Source: Botryllus schlosseri | Lineage: Eukaryota | Direction: 5' to 3' | Assembly (NCBI GenBank): GCA_051294905.1 | Contig: CM119372.1 | Location: 15,006,001 to 15,070,000 of the forward strand | DNA length: 64,000 bases | In this document: one piece after another, positions 38,562 to 49,619 of the stretch | How positions within the stretch are numbered: the stretch's first letter is position 1 | Layout: each line of letters begins with the position of its first letter | The notes under the pieces: generated by a model | The model's database searches: none | The model's input: the letters and a program-made list of their open reading frames with translations, nothing else | What the model was told of the DNA's origin: nothing | Program-made: the position numbers and the translations under genes

Positions 38562-41500
38562 CTATAAAAGTGGTACAAAAGTAAGACGATTGGTCACATT
38601 TGAAAAGAAAGACGTAGTAAAGCGGCTACAATGACTAGACTACTTCAACATGTCCATGGCGACTGCAGGTTAATTGCGCCAAATTCACTAAAACCAGATG
38701 GGATCTATGGGGGCCTGCGAAAAGGGCAGTGCGAAGAGAAAGGGGCTGAGAACCATTAAAATAGGCCAGTGTTGGGTGATATCGCCCCCACTGGGTAATG
38801 TGTGACAAGCTGTTGGGCGGAAATAAATAAAGGGACCGATCGGGGGTGTTAATGCTTGAACATTTAGTCAGAGGTGGTTAATGACCCTGCAACCGGATAT
38901 CGGCACAAAATATACACGAAAACGGTAAACTCCTCACAAACTATCCTCAGATACCGAGATCACCGCGGAAAGTTGACATATTTTTAGTGAATTTACCAGC
39001 GTTCAGATTTAGCTGTATAAAATTCCCGTATTCCCTTTAATATGTCCCCTTTCTCGGATCCGAAAATAAGGGGGCAATGAATATATGTCGAGCTTGAGAA
39101 GTGGGGCGATGAGTGGAAAAAGGTTGGGAACCACTGGATTAGACCATTGTGATGATTAATTTTGTAGTTAATTTTTATTTAAATACTTTGCAGAGGTGGT
39201 CGGTAAAAATTACTTCTACTTTTTCTACTACTTGTAATACTTACTTGGCTAACCTAATTTTCAGCTGCTACTACTTTGTGGTATTTTTTAATTTACCTAA
39301 TTACTTCTGTCATTTTCAGTCGGTCAAGTAAAATTAGTATATTCCTTCAATTAGAGAGACTGAGGAATTTCGGAGCTGTTTTCACGGCGTACCAACAAAA
39401 ATTTAATTTTCACAAAAGTTTCACGCAAAGTAGGTATGGAGTGACAAATGTGTTTTCACTCAAGTATCGGTGAATATAATTGCTTAGTTCATCTCACGTC
39501 GCATTGTCGTCCACATGACATGTTTCATCACATATGACCAGAGGTGGTCAAAGTAGTCAAGAAAGCTACTCAAGCAGAAGTAAAAGTATCGACGAAAAAA
39601 TCTACTCAAGTACGAGTAGAAGTACTGTCTCCATAAGCAACCTAAAACCGCTTGAAGTAGAAGTAGAATTGACTGATTTCAAAAGTACTCAAGTAAGTAA
39701 GTAGTTGTGATAACGATTCTAATTCGTTCACATGGATTGTAAAAAGGTGCAAATTGAGCATTGCGAAAGGTGACGAGCATGGTTCATATTGATGCATACC
39801 AGCAGATATCCAATTTTCGATAGCATCATGGGATGAAAATGATAGTATTGATGTGGAAATACGATACTAATCCTCTGTTTCCTCGAACAGCCCGTTTTAG
39901 AAACAGCATGGTATGGCGCCATCCCCCATATTATAACGCCCGTAGTTTAGTCGAAGAGCAATACGGAGAAGTGGTATAGCATACGGTGTAAACACTTTAC
40001 GCGATTAGTAAACGTTAATAAAAGATATGGTGGACCGTAAAAATGCCATATTGTGTAGCTTTATTTGCGTAAATTAAAGGCAATGATACACTTGCTTTAT
40101 ACTTCAACATGTATGTTAACCAGACAAAAGAACCGATAGTAATTAAAACTCAAAGTACAAGACACTGGGAGTTGAAAGTGAAACATAAATACTACTTATA
40201 AAAGCGGAACATCTAATTCATGCCTTCAGCCCAAAAGTTTAAAGGTGGTATGCTAAAACAGCTCTAAAACTAACAAAAAAAGTCAGAGTCCACTTTTCCA
40301 GGTTAGGACACGCCATGGACATGCTAAATTACGATATGACAAGTAAATGCTAGATTGCGAAACATCAGATTCAAACGTTATGATGAGCCATATATACTGA
40401 GATGAATTATTTCATATGGGCGAAATTATATTCATCGATACTTTCGTGAAATCATACGGATCACTTCGTATCCACTGCGCGCAAAGCGCGACGAAAATTC
40501 TGGGCTTTACCAAACTTTTATGAAAATTAAATGTTGATAATCCGTGAAAACAGCCCCGAAATTCCTCAGGATATCTTCCTACTTCTACTTGACAAACTGA
40601 AAATAGAGAAAAGTAAGTAAGTAGATCACAAAATATTATGAAGTAGAAGTAGAAGTAGCGAAAATCAGATCTACTTGAGTAAGTACCACAAGTAGAGGAA
40701 AACTACTTGAGTACTTCGAAAAAGTAGAAGTACTTCGTTACTGACCACCTCTGCATATGACTCATCAAAACGGTTGTCGCTACCGTTTCACAAACTATAA
40801 TTTACCTATTGTATCGTAATCTAGCAGCACGCGGCCTGTCCTAATCTGAAAAGTTGTCTTAAACCTTTTTGAGCGTTAGACTTGTTTTAGCAGACCACCG
40901 TTGAACTTTCTGGACAAAAGAGATGAAATATATTTCCGCTTTTTAAAAATGGTATTTGCATTCTCGTTTAATTTGCATCATCATTACTTTGAGTTCTTCT
41001 AATTCATTTCAGTCCTTTTGTCTGGAGAATATACATGATTAAGCTTAAAATCTGTATTTTCAGAAAGTAATAGTACAGTCTATGACATTTTTTACGGTCC
41101 GCCATAGTTTTTATTGCATGCCATGACATATTCTGAAACGGGGTGTTCCGGTAAACAAATTATAACAATCGATTTTCCATAGAAAAACTTTCACTACGAT
41201 CCCGTATGATGCGGTCGCATGCTTATGCTGTCGACGATTCAAAGCCTACGATTTGGGTTGCATCAATATGAGTCAAGCTTCTCTTCCCTCTCCGAATAGC
41301 TCAACTTGAGTCGCTACTTTTATTTCTACTTTGACCACCTCTGTACTTTTCCATCCATCCACAAGTTCAATTTCACTTCAAGTCTCCAAAAACAATGGTG
41401 AATTTGAAATCAAAGCCTTACTCAGACAAATATTGTTCTTTTCAGCGCCTCAATGTAGAAAGATTTCTACAATAATATTGGTATAGGTCCGACAGGCTGG

Positions 41501-41964
41501 ATTACGAAGTCCGTATGCGGATCAGAGTTGGATCAATTACGATATTTTAATTCAATTACAATTACTTCCTTGCATGTTTCAATTACATTACAATTACAAT
41601 TACTCAATGCTAAAAATATCAAATTACAATTACAATTACAATTACTTTTAAACAGGTAATTGCTACAGTAAAGAGGTGTTCTTTGACAACCGTAGCGACG
41701 TAACTAGCAACAATCTCAAGCTATTCATGTTCCATTCCTGATATGTAGAATACCCTTTAATTAAAAAAAAAACTCGAACGTATTCGAACTATTCCTAATC
41801 ATGAGTACTGAAAACTACAAGCACAGAAAAATGTTTCAAGCGACTGTTAAGAACCACAGGTTTGAGCGACTAACAGCGAATAGGCTACAGGACAGTCAAT
41901 GTAATGTAATAAACGATTGGGCTACTCAGAGCTGAGTCATTTTTTTCTATTTGTCGAATGTTAA

Positions 41965-42219
41965 TGTTATGTTCGTGCATTTTACGTTGGTATCGTTTGT
42001 TTCTTGTTTGTCTAGGATTAGTAATTACCGCCAATCATTATTTCCTCGTGTGTCGTTCTTCGTATTTATACCCTGTGTTCTGTTGTCTCGTGGTCATTTC
42101 ATTTAACTGAACTCTGGATCGTGTCGCCTGTATTGAAGTTATACTGCTGGTAATATACTGATTTCGTATTGCAACCTCGTCGTATTGAGTTATTGTTCGA
42201 ACAAGATTAGAACATAACA
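41965..42219 (+). repeat. 5' LTR (255 bp)
   Basis: tgttatgttc...gaacataaca 10-bp terminal inverted repeat. Confidence 0.95.
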
Positions 42220-42221
42220 AT

Positions 42222-42239
42222 TGGTGTCAGAAGTCGGAT
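42222..42239 (+). promoter_or_regulatory. Primer-binding site, tRNA-Leu-like
   Basis: tggtgtcagaagtcggat starts 2 nt after the LTR; one mismatch to TGGTGTCAGAAGTGGGAT. Confidence 0.8.
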
Positions 42240-42268
42240 TCATAGTTATTTCTGCGACGAAGATAAGC

Positions 42269-43273
42269 ATGGATTCAGGTATACAGAAGATTCTTGAGAT
42301 GCAGCAAGAGATGATGGTGCAACAACAAGCAAAGCATGCCGAGGCAATGGCAAAAGTCATGACAGAAATGGCGCAATTGACGCAGAGGTTGAATCCCGGT
42401 GCGTCAACATCTGAAGCAGCCGCTCCCAAGTTTGATTCGTTCGCAAAATCAAAAGAGAAATGGGACCAGTATCTGCAACGATTCAACCATCACCTTGCAA
42501 TTTACGGCATTTCCAACATGGAGAAGAAAAGAGCGTGTCTACTCTCATGGGTCGGACCTGAAACGTACTCGCTTCTACGTAATTTGTTTGGTGCTGCTGA
42601 TGTCAGTGCGCAAACCTTCGATGCGTTGACTGAGAAGTTGTCTACACACTTCAAGGACTCAATTCATGTGCAGGCAGCCAGGTACGAATTTTACAATTGC
42701 AAAATGCAGCCGGGACAATCATACGCCGATTGGATCGCTACTCTACGCGGAATCTCCAAGGATTGCAACTTCATATGCTCAAGAGATGGCTGTGATCAGA
42801 GCTACGTTGATGAGCTAATGCGCGATCTCATCATTAAAGAAACGCCGCACGCGGATGTGAGACGGCATTGTCTAACACAAACCAATCCATCCCTCGACGA
42901 CTTTCTCAAAGTAGCCGCAACACACGTGAGAACGCTGGAAACCGATAGGGTTATCCAGGGCCAGAGTAGCGGTAAAGACACTTCCATCGTCAACAAAATG
43001 ACGGGAAGTTATCAGAAGGGGAGAAAACCTTCCAAATCCATTCAAGGCAACTTCCCGGAAAGACTGAAATCCTGTAGCCGCTGTTTCATCGATCACCAGA
43101 GAAAAGACTGTCAATATCGACATGCAGTATGTCAGAAATATGGTCGTAAAGGTCATATCAAACCTGTGTGCATGTCTACCAAACCTAGTATCACGCAGCA
43201 GGTCACATCCGTCAATTTCTGCTCAGTACCGCTCCTCTCCTTCGACATCGATCAACTATATCGACGCGTATAG
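42269..43273 (+). CDS. gag: Gypsy gag (3' end frameshifted)
   Basis: FDSFAKSKEKWDQYLQRF, LLSWVGPETY, RYEFYNCKMQPGQS; two zinc knuckles, the second with a C-to-Y change (CQKYGRKGH). Confidence 0.9.
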   Translation: MDSGIQKILEMQQEMMVQQQAKHAEAMAKVMTEMAQLTQRLNPGASTSEAAAPKFDSFAKSKEKWDQYLQRFNHHLAIYGISNMEKKRACLLSWVGPETYSLLRNLFGAADVSAQTFDALTEKLSTHFKDSIHVQAARYEFYNCKMQPGQSYADWIATLRGISKDCNFICSRDGCDQSYVDELMRDLIIKETPHADVRRHCLTQTNPSLDDFLKVAATHVRTLETDRVIQGQSSGKDTSIVNKMTGSYQKGRKPSKSIQGNFPERLKSCSRCFIDHQRKDCQYRHAVCQKYGRKGHIKPVCMSTKPSITQQVTSVNFCSVPLLSFDIDQLYRRV

Positions 43274-43289
43274 GAAACCAGCTCTGGAT

Positions 43290-46200
43290 CAACTCCAGCA
43301 TCAACGGTATTCCGTTGCCGGCACAGTGGGACACTGGTGCACCCTCCGCCATGGTGGGATTGACTGGGTACAAAACTTTGGGCTCCCTGAATCTCTCAGC
43401 ATACCATTGCTCTTTCGTAGCGTACGGCGACAAGCCTTTGAAAGTGAAAGGTATTTGCACTGTAACTGTGCAGGTGGGTTCTGAAGTTCGAGTTGGCTTG
43501 AAATTGGTAGTTCTCGACGAACACCGTGGGCAGGGCCGTAACAGCACTTCGTCAGGCCCCCCCCAAAACGTTGGCCTTGGGCCCCCCATAGGGTGATAAA
43601 CATAACTTCTGGGGGGCTTCGCCCCCCAGACCCCCATTCGGCTATCCGCTTTTTTACGCTATTTGACATCAGTATTGGGGGCCCGTTTTGTGGGTCAGCT
43701 TTTCCCGCCTAGACGCGCGAAGCGCGAAAAATTTCACAGTAAATCATGATTGAATCGGTCAATATGATCGGGAATTACATATATACTGCTATCAATTTTG
43801 ATCCTCTCTCTACTCACGTAATCAGATTTACCGGTAGAGCTGAGCGAGGTCTGTTTTAAAACGTAGGACCGCCCAATAATAATTAGACATCTTCGGGCGT
43901 ACCCGTTGGCACGAACGAAACAGCACTTCGTCAGCCCGCCCCCCCACAAAAATTGGGTTTTGGGTTCTCATAGGGTGATAAACATCACAGTGTTCGCTTT
44001 TGCCACGAAATTAGCTGCACTGTTTAGTGAGCCAGCTCGAAGCGCGAAAATTTTCGATAATTCATTATATAATCGGTCAATAAGATCGGGAATTGCATAA
44101 ATATTGCTATCAATATCTTGTCCTCTCTGCTCACGTTATCAGATTTACCGGAAACTGTAGGGCCCGTAAATAATAATTAAACATCATCGGGCGGGCGGAC
44201 CCGTTGGTATGACTTCGTTACATGATTTTATTTCGTGACCTCCTGTCTGCTATATCAAAAATACAGAATCGCTCTAACGTACTAAACTAAAAGACGCACA
44301 GGATTTCAAATTGCTATTTCTTCACTGGCATATATTTTTCCTGCTGGATGGTATTTGTCTTATGAGGTTCAGATTGCCAAGGCAGGAACATATGGCGCCT
44401 ATGGACAATTAAACCTATCATTTTGTATATATAACGAAGTTTTCGGTCTGCGTAAGGGCAGTCCGTTTCGGCCAAGCTTTTCGCGCTGCCGATCGTTCTG
44501 GCACACTTCTTGGAGTCGCATGGAATAAGCTCTAAATAGTTATATATCTTGGTGCGTAGTGGCGTGTTAATGGCCAACGCCGATATGTCCATTTCTATAA
44601 ATCTTGCGTGTTTTTTCTTGGGGGAAGAGTACCAAATAATCAAGATATTTGGCAACTTTAAATCGCTCCCAGCGCGAAAAATTTTGGAAAAAATCGCATA
44701 AATTTTCAAAAAATACTCTATAATTTATGCTAATTCACGAAATAATTTGGGGCCCCCTTCGAGCTCGGGCCCCCCCCCAATTGGGGGGTTTGGGGTGCGG
44801 CAGTTACGGTGCTGACCGTGGGCAAAACATTTTTGGTCTCGATTGGAGCGATGCTTTCTCCATGACCGCTAAGGGAACTTCTGCTTTGGATGCAATTTCC
44901 CCGCGGATGGTCAAATCCCAATAATGTAATACTATTGACATTTCTGATTCGAACGACAAATTGGTATCTTTTCAGTCCAAATTTCCCTCCGTTTTCTCTA
45001 ATGTGTTAGGACGATGCACCAAGACAAAGGTGACTATTCACTTGAAACCTAATGCCAAACCCGTATTTAACAAGCCACGCCCTTTGCCTTTCGCAAGGCA
45101 AATCGCTGTTCAAACCGAATTGGATAGATTAGTCAATCAAGGTATTCTCGAACCAATCAATTACAGTGATTGGGCAGCACCAATTGTTGCCGTCACTAAA
45201 TCGAATGGATCAGTACGCATTTGTGGTGACTTCAAAGCATTGAATCAACAAATCCAGATAGATCAACATCCCCTGCCCTCCTTGGATGAAATCCTTAACA
45301 AGTTACAGGGTGGTTGTATTTTCACGAAAATTGATCTGGCCGATGCTTATTTTCAGCTAGAATTAGATGATGATGCGAAGAATTTGTGTGTCATCAACAC
45401 GCAATTCGGTCTATTCCGTTATCGACGCATGTGTTTCGGAGTCGCATCTAGTCCCGCCAATTTTCAACGCTGTATTGATGCCATGATCGCCGGCTTACCC
45501 GGTGTTGCTAGTTTTATCGGTGACATAATCGTTACTGGCATTGATGAACGCGACCATTTCCGCAACTTATCGCTACTCTTTGAGCGCCTCACCGAATACG
45601 GTTTCACCGTCAACTTCGCTAAATGTGAATTTTTCAAAAGTAGTATCGAGTACCTTGGTCACATAATCGACAAGGACGGCAAACGCCCGTCTAACAAATC
45701 CGTTGAAGCAATCAAACAGTTGCCTAAACCTCAGGATGTTCGCCAGCTACAGGCATTCCTGGGCAAAGTCAATTATTATCGCGCGTTTATTCCTAATTTT
45801 ACGAATAAAGCTGCTTCGTTGTATCGCCTTCTTCAAAAAGACGCGAAATTCATTTGGAATACGGACTGTGACGCAGCTTTTCGCATTCTCAAAAACGACG
45901 TAATCGACGCTACGCAGTTAGCTCATTATGATGTAAACAAGCAGCTCATTTTGTCAACGGATGCTTCTCAATTTGGAATCGGCGCTGTCCTCTCAATCGA
46001 GCACAATGGCGAAGAGAGACCGATCGCACACGCATCGAAAACGCTTTAGGATTCGCAAAAATCCTACTCTCAAATCGAGAAGGAAGCTCTGTCAATCATT
46101 TACGGAGTCACTAAATTTCGTCAATTCTTGTATGGTACAAAATTTACGCTCGTGACGGACCACAAACCGCTTTTAGCTATTTTCTCGCCGGACAAGAAAA

Positions 46201-47720
46201 TTCCCGTGATTACAGCGCAACGCTTACAGCGATGGGCACTAACGCTCATGGCTTACCAATACGATATTCGCTATAAACCGATCAGCACGGAAACGCCGAC
46301 GGTTTATCTCGCCTACCAAAGGGTCCAGACCCTGAGTTTGACGAACGGGAAATTCGTGAAAACGCGGAGATCGTTCACGCTATTAATATGGCATTCGATG
46401 GCTTACCGTTAACTCGCAATGAAATTCGCGACGCGACGCTGAAGGACAAAACCATGAAAATAGTAAAATTATCTGTCACTCATGGTAATTGGAATCCAAA
46501 GACGCACATTGATGATTTTTCTTGGTTTTCGACTCGCAAACATTCGCTCTCTCTGCACGAAGACATAGTCATGCTCAATATTGATGGTTTTCAGCGCGTA
46601 GTAATTCCGCAGTCACTTCGCTCGCGAGTCTTATCATTGTTGCACGAAGGACATTGGGGTATCGCGAAAATGAAGCAGATGGCTCGACGTTACATCGCAT
46701 GGCCTTCCATTAATCGCGACATTGAAAATCTCGTGAAGAGTTGCGACGCTTGCCGTAAAGTAATGAAAGCGCCTGATCGTCAGTATCGCGAATGGCCTAA
46801 AACTTCTGAAAGCTTTGAACGAATTCACTTGGATTTCGCAGGTCCAATAAACAATAAGATGTTTCTTGTCATCGTCGATGCGCATTCGAAATATCCTTTC
46901 GTTAAAGTAATGAATGTCGGTTCTACCACAACCTTGTGTGTGGTAAACGCTTTGCGGGAAGTCTTCTCTATTGAAGGCTTGCCCGTAACAATTGTCACGG
47001 ATGGCGGGCCGCAATTCACATCGAATGAATTCGATACGTTTTGCTCTAATTTGGCAATCAGCCATATCGTATCACCGTCTTTTCACCCTGCCTCGAACGG
47101 GGAAGCGGAGCGTTTCGTCCAGACTTTAAAAGCTGGATTAATAAAAAATTGCGACGGGGGAAAAAATCTCAACTTCGCGCTCCAAACACTTCTCGCTACG
47201 TACCGATGTGCACCGCACCCGGGCATAGACTGGAAAACGCCTGCCGAGATTTTACATGGTCGACAGCCGCGCAATTTGTTAAGTTTGTGCTCGCCCTTCG
47301 ACAAATCGAAACCCGTTACGCCTGGACAATCAGTCACTCATTTCGAGATTGGTTCCTCGGTTTACGCTCGCAGTTACCGAAGCGAAGCGAAGCGAAGCGG
47401 ACCAAAGTGGGTTGCTGGCGTGGTGACGGAAATACTGGGACGTGTTGTGTACATCATAAAAACAGATCATGGGTATTGGAGAAGGCATAAAAACCAAATC
47501 CAACCACGCTTGATTTCCACAAGTAATGATACAGCCACACAGGAAGTTGCTCAGCCTCAAGAGTCCCAAGCTGAGCAACCATTGTTCAGGAATAGGGCAC
47601 AACGCCCTGCAGCTAGTCCTGCTCGAACGTCGGACAGACGTTATCCGCTTAGACTTAGAAAACAAACTGAGTTCTATCGGCCAACGTATAAACTACCTTG
47701 TACCCTTAACTTACAGGGCA
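43290..47720 (+). pseudogene. pol: Gypsy pol (protease, RT, RNase H, integrase), interrupted
   Basis: WDTGA protease split by a MITE; WAAPIV, VRICGDFK, SFIGDII (YxDD mutated), STDASQFGIGAVL, TDHKPL, HEGHWG..CDAC, IHLDFAGP, TDGGPQF, SNGEAERFV; stops at 44922 and 46047; frameshift near 46285. Confidence 0.93.
43531..44814 (+). mobile_element. Non-autonomous hAT-type element, CAGGGCCGTAAC family, with an internal ~380-bp subrepeat
   Basis: TIR cagggccgtaac / gttacggtgctg; perfect TSD accgtggg; removing it restores VVLDEHRGQNIFGLDW. Confidence 0.95.
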
Positions 47721-47724
47721 GGAC

Positions 47725-47977
47725 TGTTATGTTCGTGCATTTTACGTTGGTATCGTTTGTTTCTTATTTGTCTAGGATTAGTAATTACCGCCAATCATTA
47801 TTTCCTCGTGTGTCGTTCTTCGTATTTATACCCTGTGTTCTGTTGTCTCGTGGTCATTTCATTTAACTGAACTCTGGATCGTGTCGCCTGTATTGAAGTT
47901 ATACTGCTGATAATATACTGATTTCGTATTGCAACCTCGTCGTATTGAGTTATTGTGCGAACAAGATTAGAACAACA
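47725..47977 (+). repeat. 3' LTR (253 bp)
   Basis: Differs from the 5' LTR by three substitutions and a 2-bp deletion (by eye); preceded by purine-rich agggcaggac. Confidence 0.95.
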
Positions 47978-48514
47978 GTTGAAGGAGCAATGAGAGATGA
48001 TATTGTTTTTTGCCTGCACAATCGAGATGCTTTGACGACAGAGTTGCGATACGGCCGTGAGGTCATCTGGTCAGGATAATGAAATGTAATTGGTAAGGCG
48101 TCAGCGATAAGGATGATACCGATAAGTTACGTAAAATTAAAATAAATGCAAAAGGAAAGAACCTCCTGATAACTAAGAATTACAATATTTTGGTTCGCAT
48201 TTACATTTTCAGTTGCTCGGAAACTGTCATATTGCATTTGATGAACATTAGGGTGCGAAAAGTTTCTGGCCCCAGTAAATTTGGTCAAGATTGGAGGTAA
48301 GATTGGGATAACATCTCTGCAAATGCGTGATCAAGTTTGATGAAGCCTTGGTTGGAAACTTGAATTTTTTTTGCTATTGTTGCAACAAGCATCGGTACTG
48401 GTCAGAGATTTAAAAAAAAACTTTGACCGTAGTGTAGGAAATGGTTCAGCACAGGTTTCAATAGAGTTTATTTGCTGTTCATCCATTTTTGAAATATTAA
48501 GATTTTGTTTAGCC

Positions 48515-48829
48515 CACTGGTTCTCTAACTTTTTTATACACGCCCCCTTTATGACAGTGAATATTCCGTGCCCCCCTTATCGTCATAGCACACAACAATT
48601 AAACCAGAAAGTTAGCAATCCTTACATATATTTTGATGGTATGGAAGGTTATGACTGTTGATGAGAAAATTATCCAATACGAAATTCAGACTATACACCG
48701 AGCAATAACCATAAATCGGAGGTGAATCGGGCCAAGCGCGGAAAAGATATCAGTTCACTGGAGCGTCGCGCCCCGTTCAGATGCTTTCACGCCGCCCAAG
48801 GGGCCACGCCCCCAGTTTGAGAACCACTG
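48515..48829. mobile_element. Charlie/Buster-like hAT MITE
   Basis: TIR cactggttctc / gagaaccactg; perfect TSD gtttagcc; inverted relative at 62695-62976. Confidence 0.85.
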
Positions 48830-49619
48830 GTTTAGCCTATATTGTAATTCACAAAGTTTTCTGTTGCTACTGAAGTATGGGAACAGTTTAGCGTGACTGA
48901 ATTATCTAGTAATAACGCAGCACGCATAGAACACCGATGTAAATAGGCTACTTAATACATGTGGTGACTGTTTACTAAGGCCTAAAGGCCCGTCGTCTTC
49001 ATTCTGGTTCGTACTGGATTTTCACTGGGGCGACGAATAAATGATGGATTAAATGATTATTTTATGTTGCGATTGTCAGGTTTCCATGAAAATGTAATTG
49101 AGATTGTAATTGATCAAAATTTTGATCAAATTACAATTACAATTACATGAAAAAATGTAATCAATTACATTCAGCTCAATTACAAATTACAATTGATCCA
49201 ACTCTGATGCGGATACATTAGTTTCTTTAAAGCAATGAGTAGCAAATACAGAATTACCATCTTTGAGTCAGAGTTCAGTCGGAAAAAATCCTACGTGGGC
49301 AATATTAGGACTATATTGAGTGGAATAAGTCAACAGAGAAGTCAGCGTAATAGGCTACCTGATCGTCCAGTTTCGACTCGGTATGGACACATTCGGAAGA
49401 ACATGGTCTTTCTGTAGATTTTGTAGCCTTCTAAACATTGGAGCGCGTGAATCAAAGTGCCATGAATTATTAAACCCAACAATACGTTGACCACCAGCAT
49501 CAACATGGATATTTTGCCGCATATGTCATATTATAAAGTTATATGACAGAGTAACCATACCTGTTCCTTTGTCATTGGATTTGTGCTTAGCGGTTGTTCT
49601 TGAGACTTTTCAAAATCTT

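Larger units (their letters stand above)
33034..43532 (+). repeat. Tandem segmental duplication, copy 2 (10,499 bp)
   Basis: See copy 1; GGGCC occurs at 22535, 33034 and 43533. Confidence 0.97.
41965..47977 (+). mobile_element. Full-length, disabled Ty3/Gypsy (Mag-like) LTR retrotransposon
   Basis: Paired TG..CA LTRs, PBS, gag-PR-RT-RH-IN order, 5-bp TSD gttaa/gttga. Confidence 0.95.
41523..49206. mobile_element. hAT-type element with CAATTA subterminal arrays, hosting the Gypsy element and a MITE
   Basis: TIR cagagttggatcaatt / aattgatccaactctg; perfect TSD atgcggat; hATC-end remnant PNLLGPETFRTLMFIKCN on the minus strand near 48230-48290. Left end duplicated at 31024. Confidence 0.9.

Noticed and set aside
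47725..47866. Hydrophobic env-like or TM tail on the integrase ORF
   Set aside because: This is read-through into the T-rich 3' LTR, not a separate domain.
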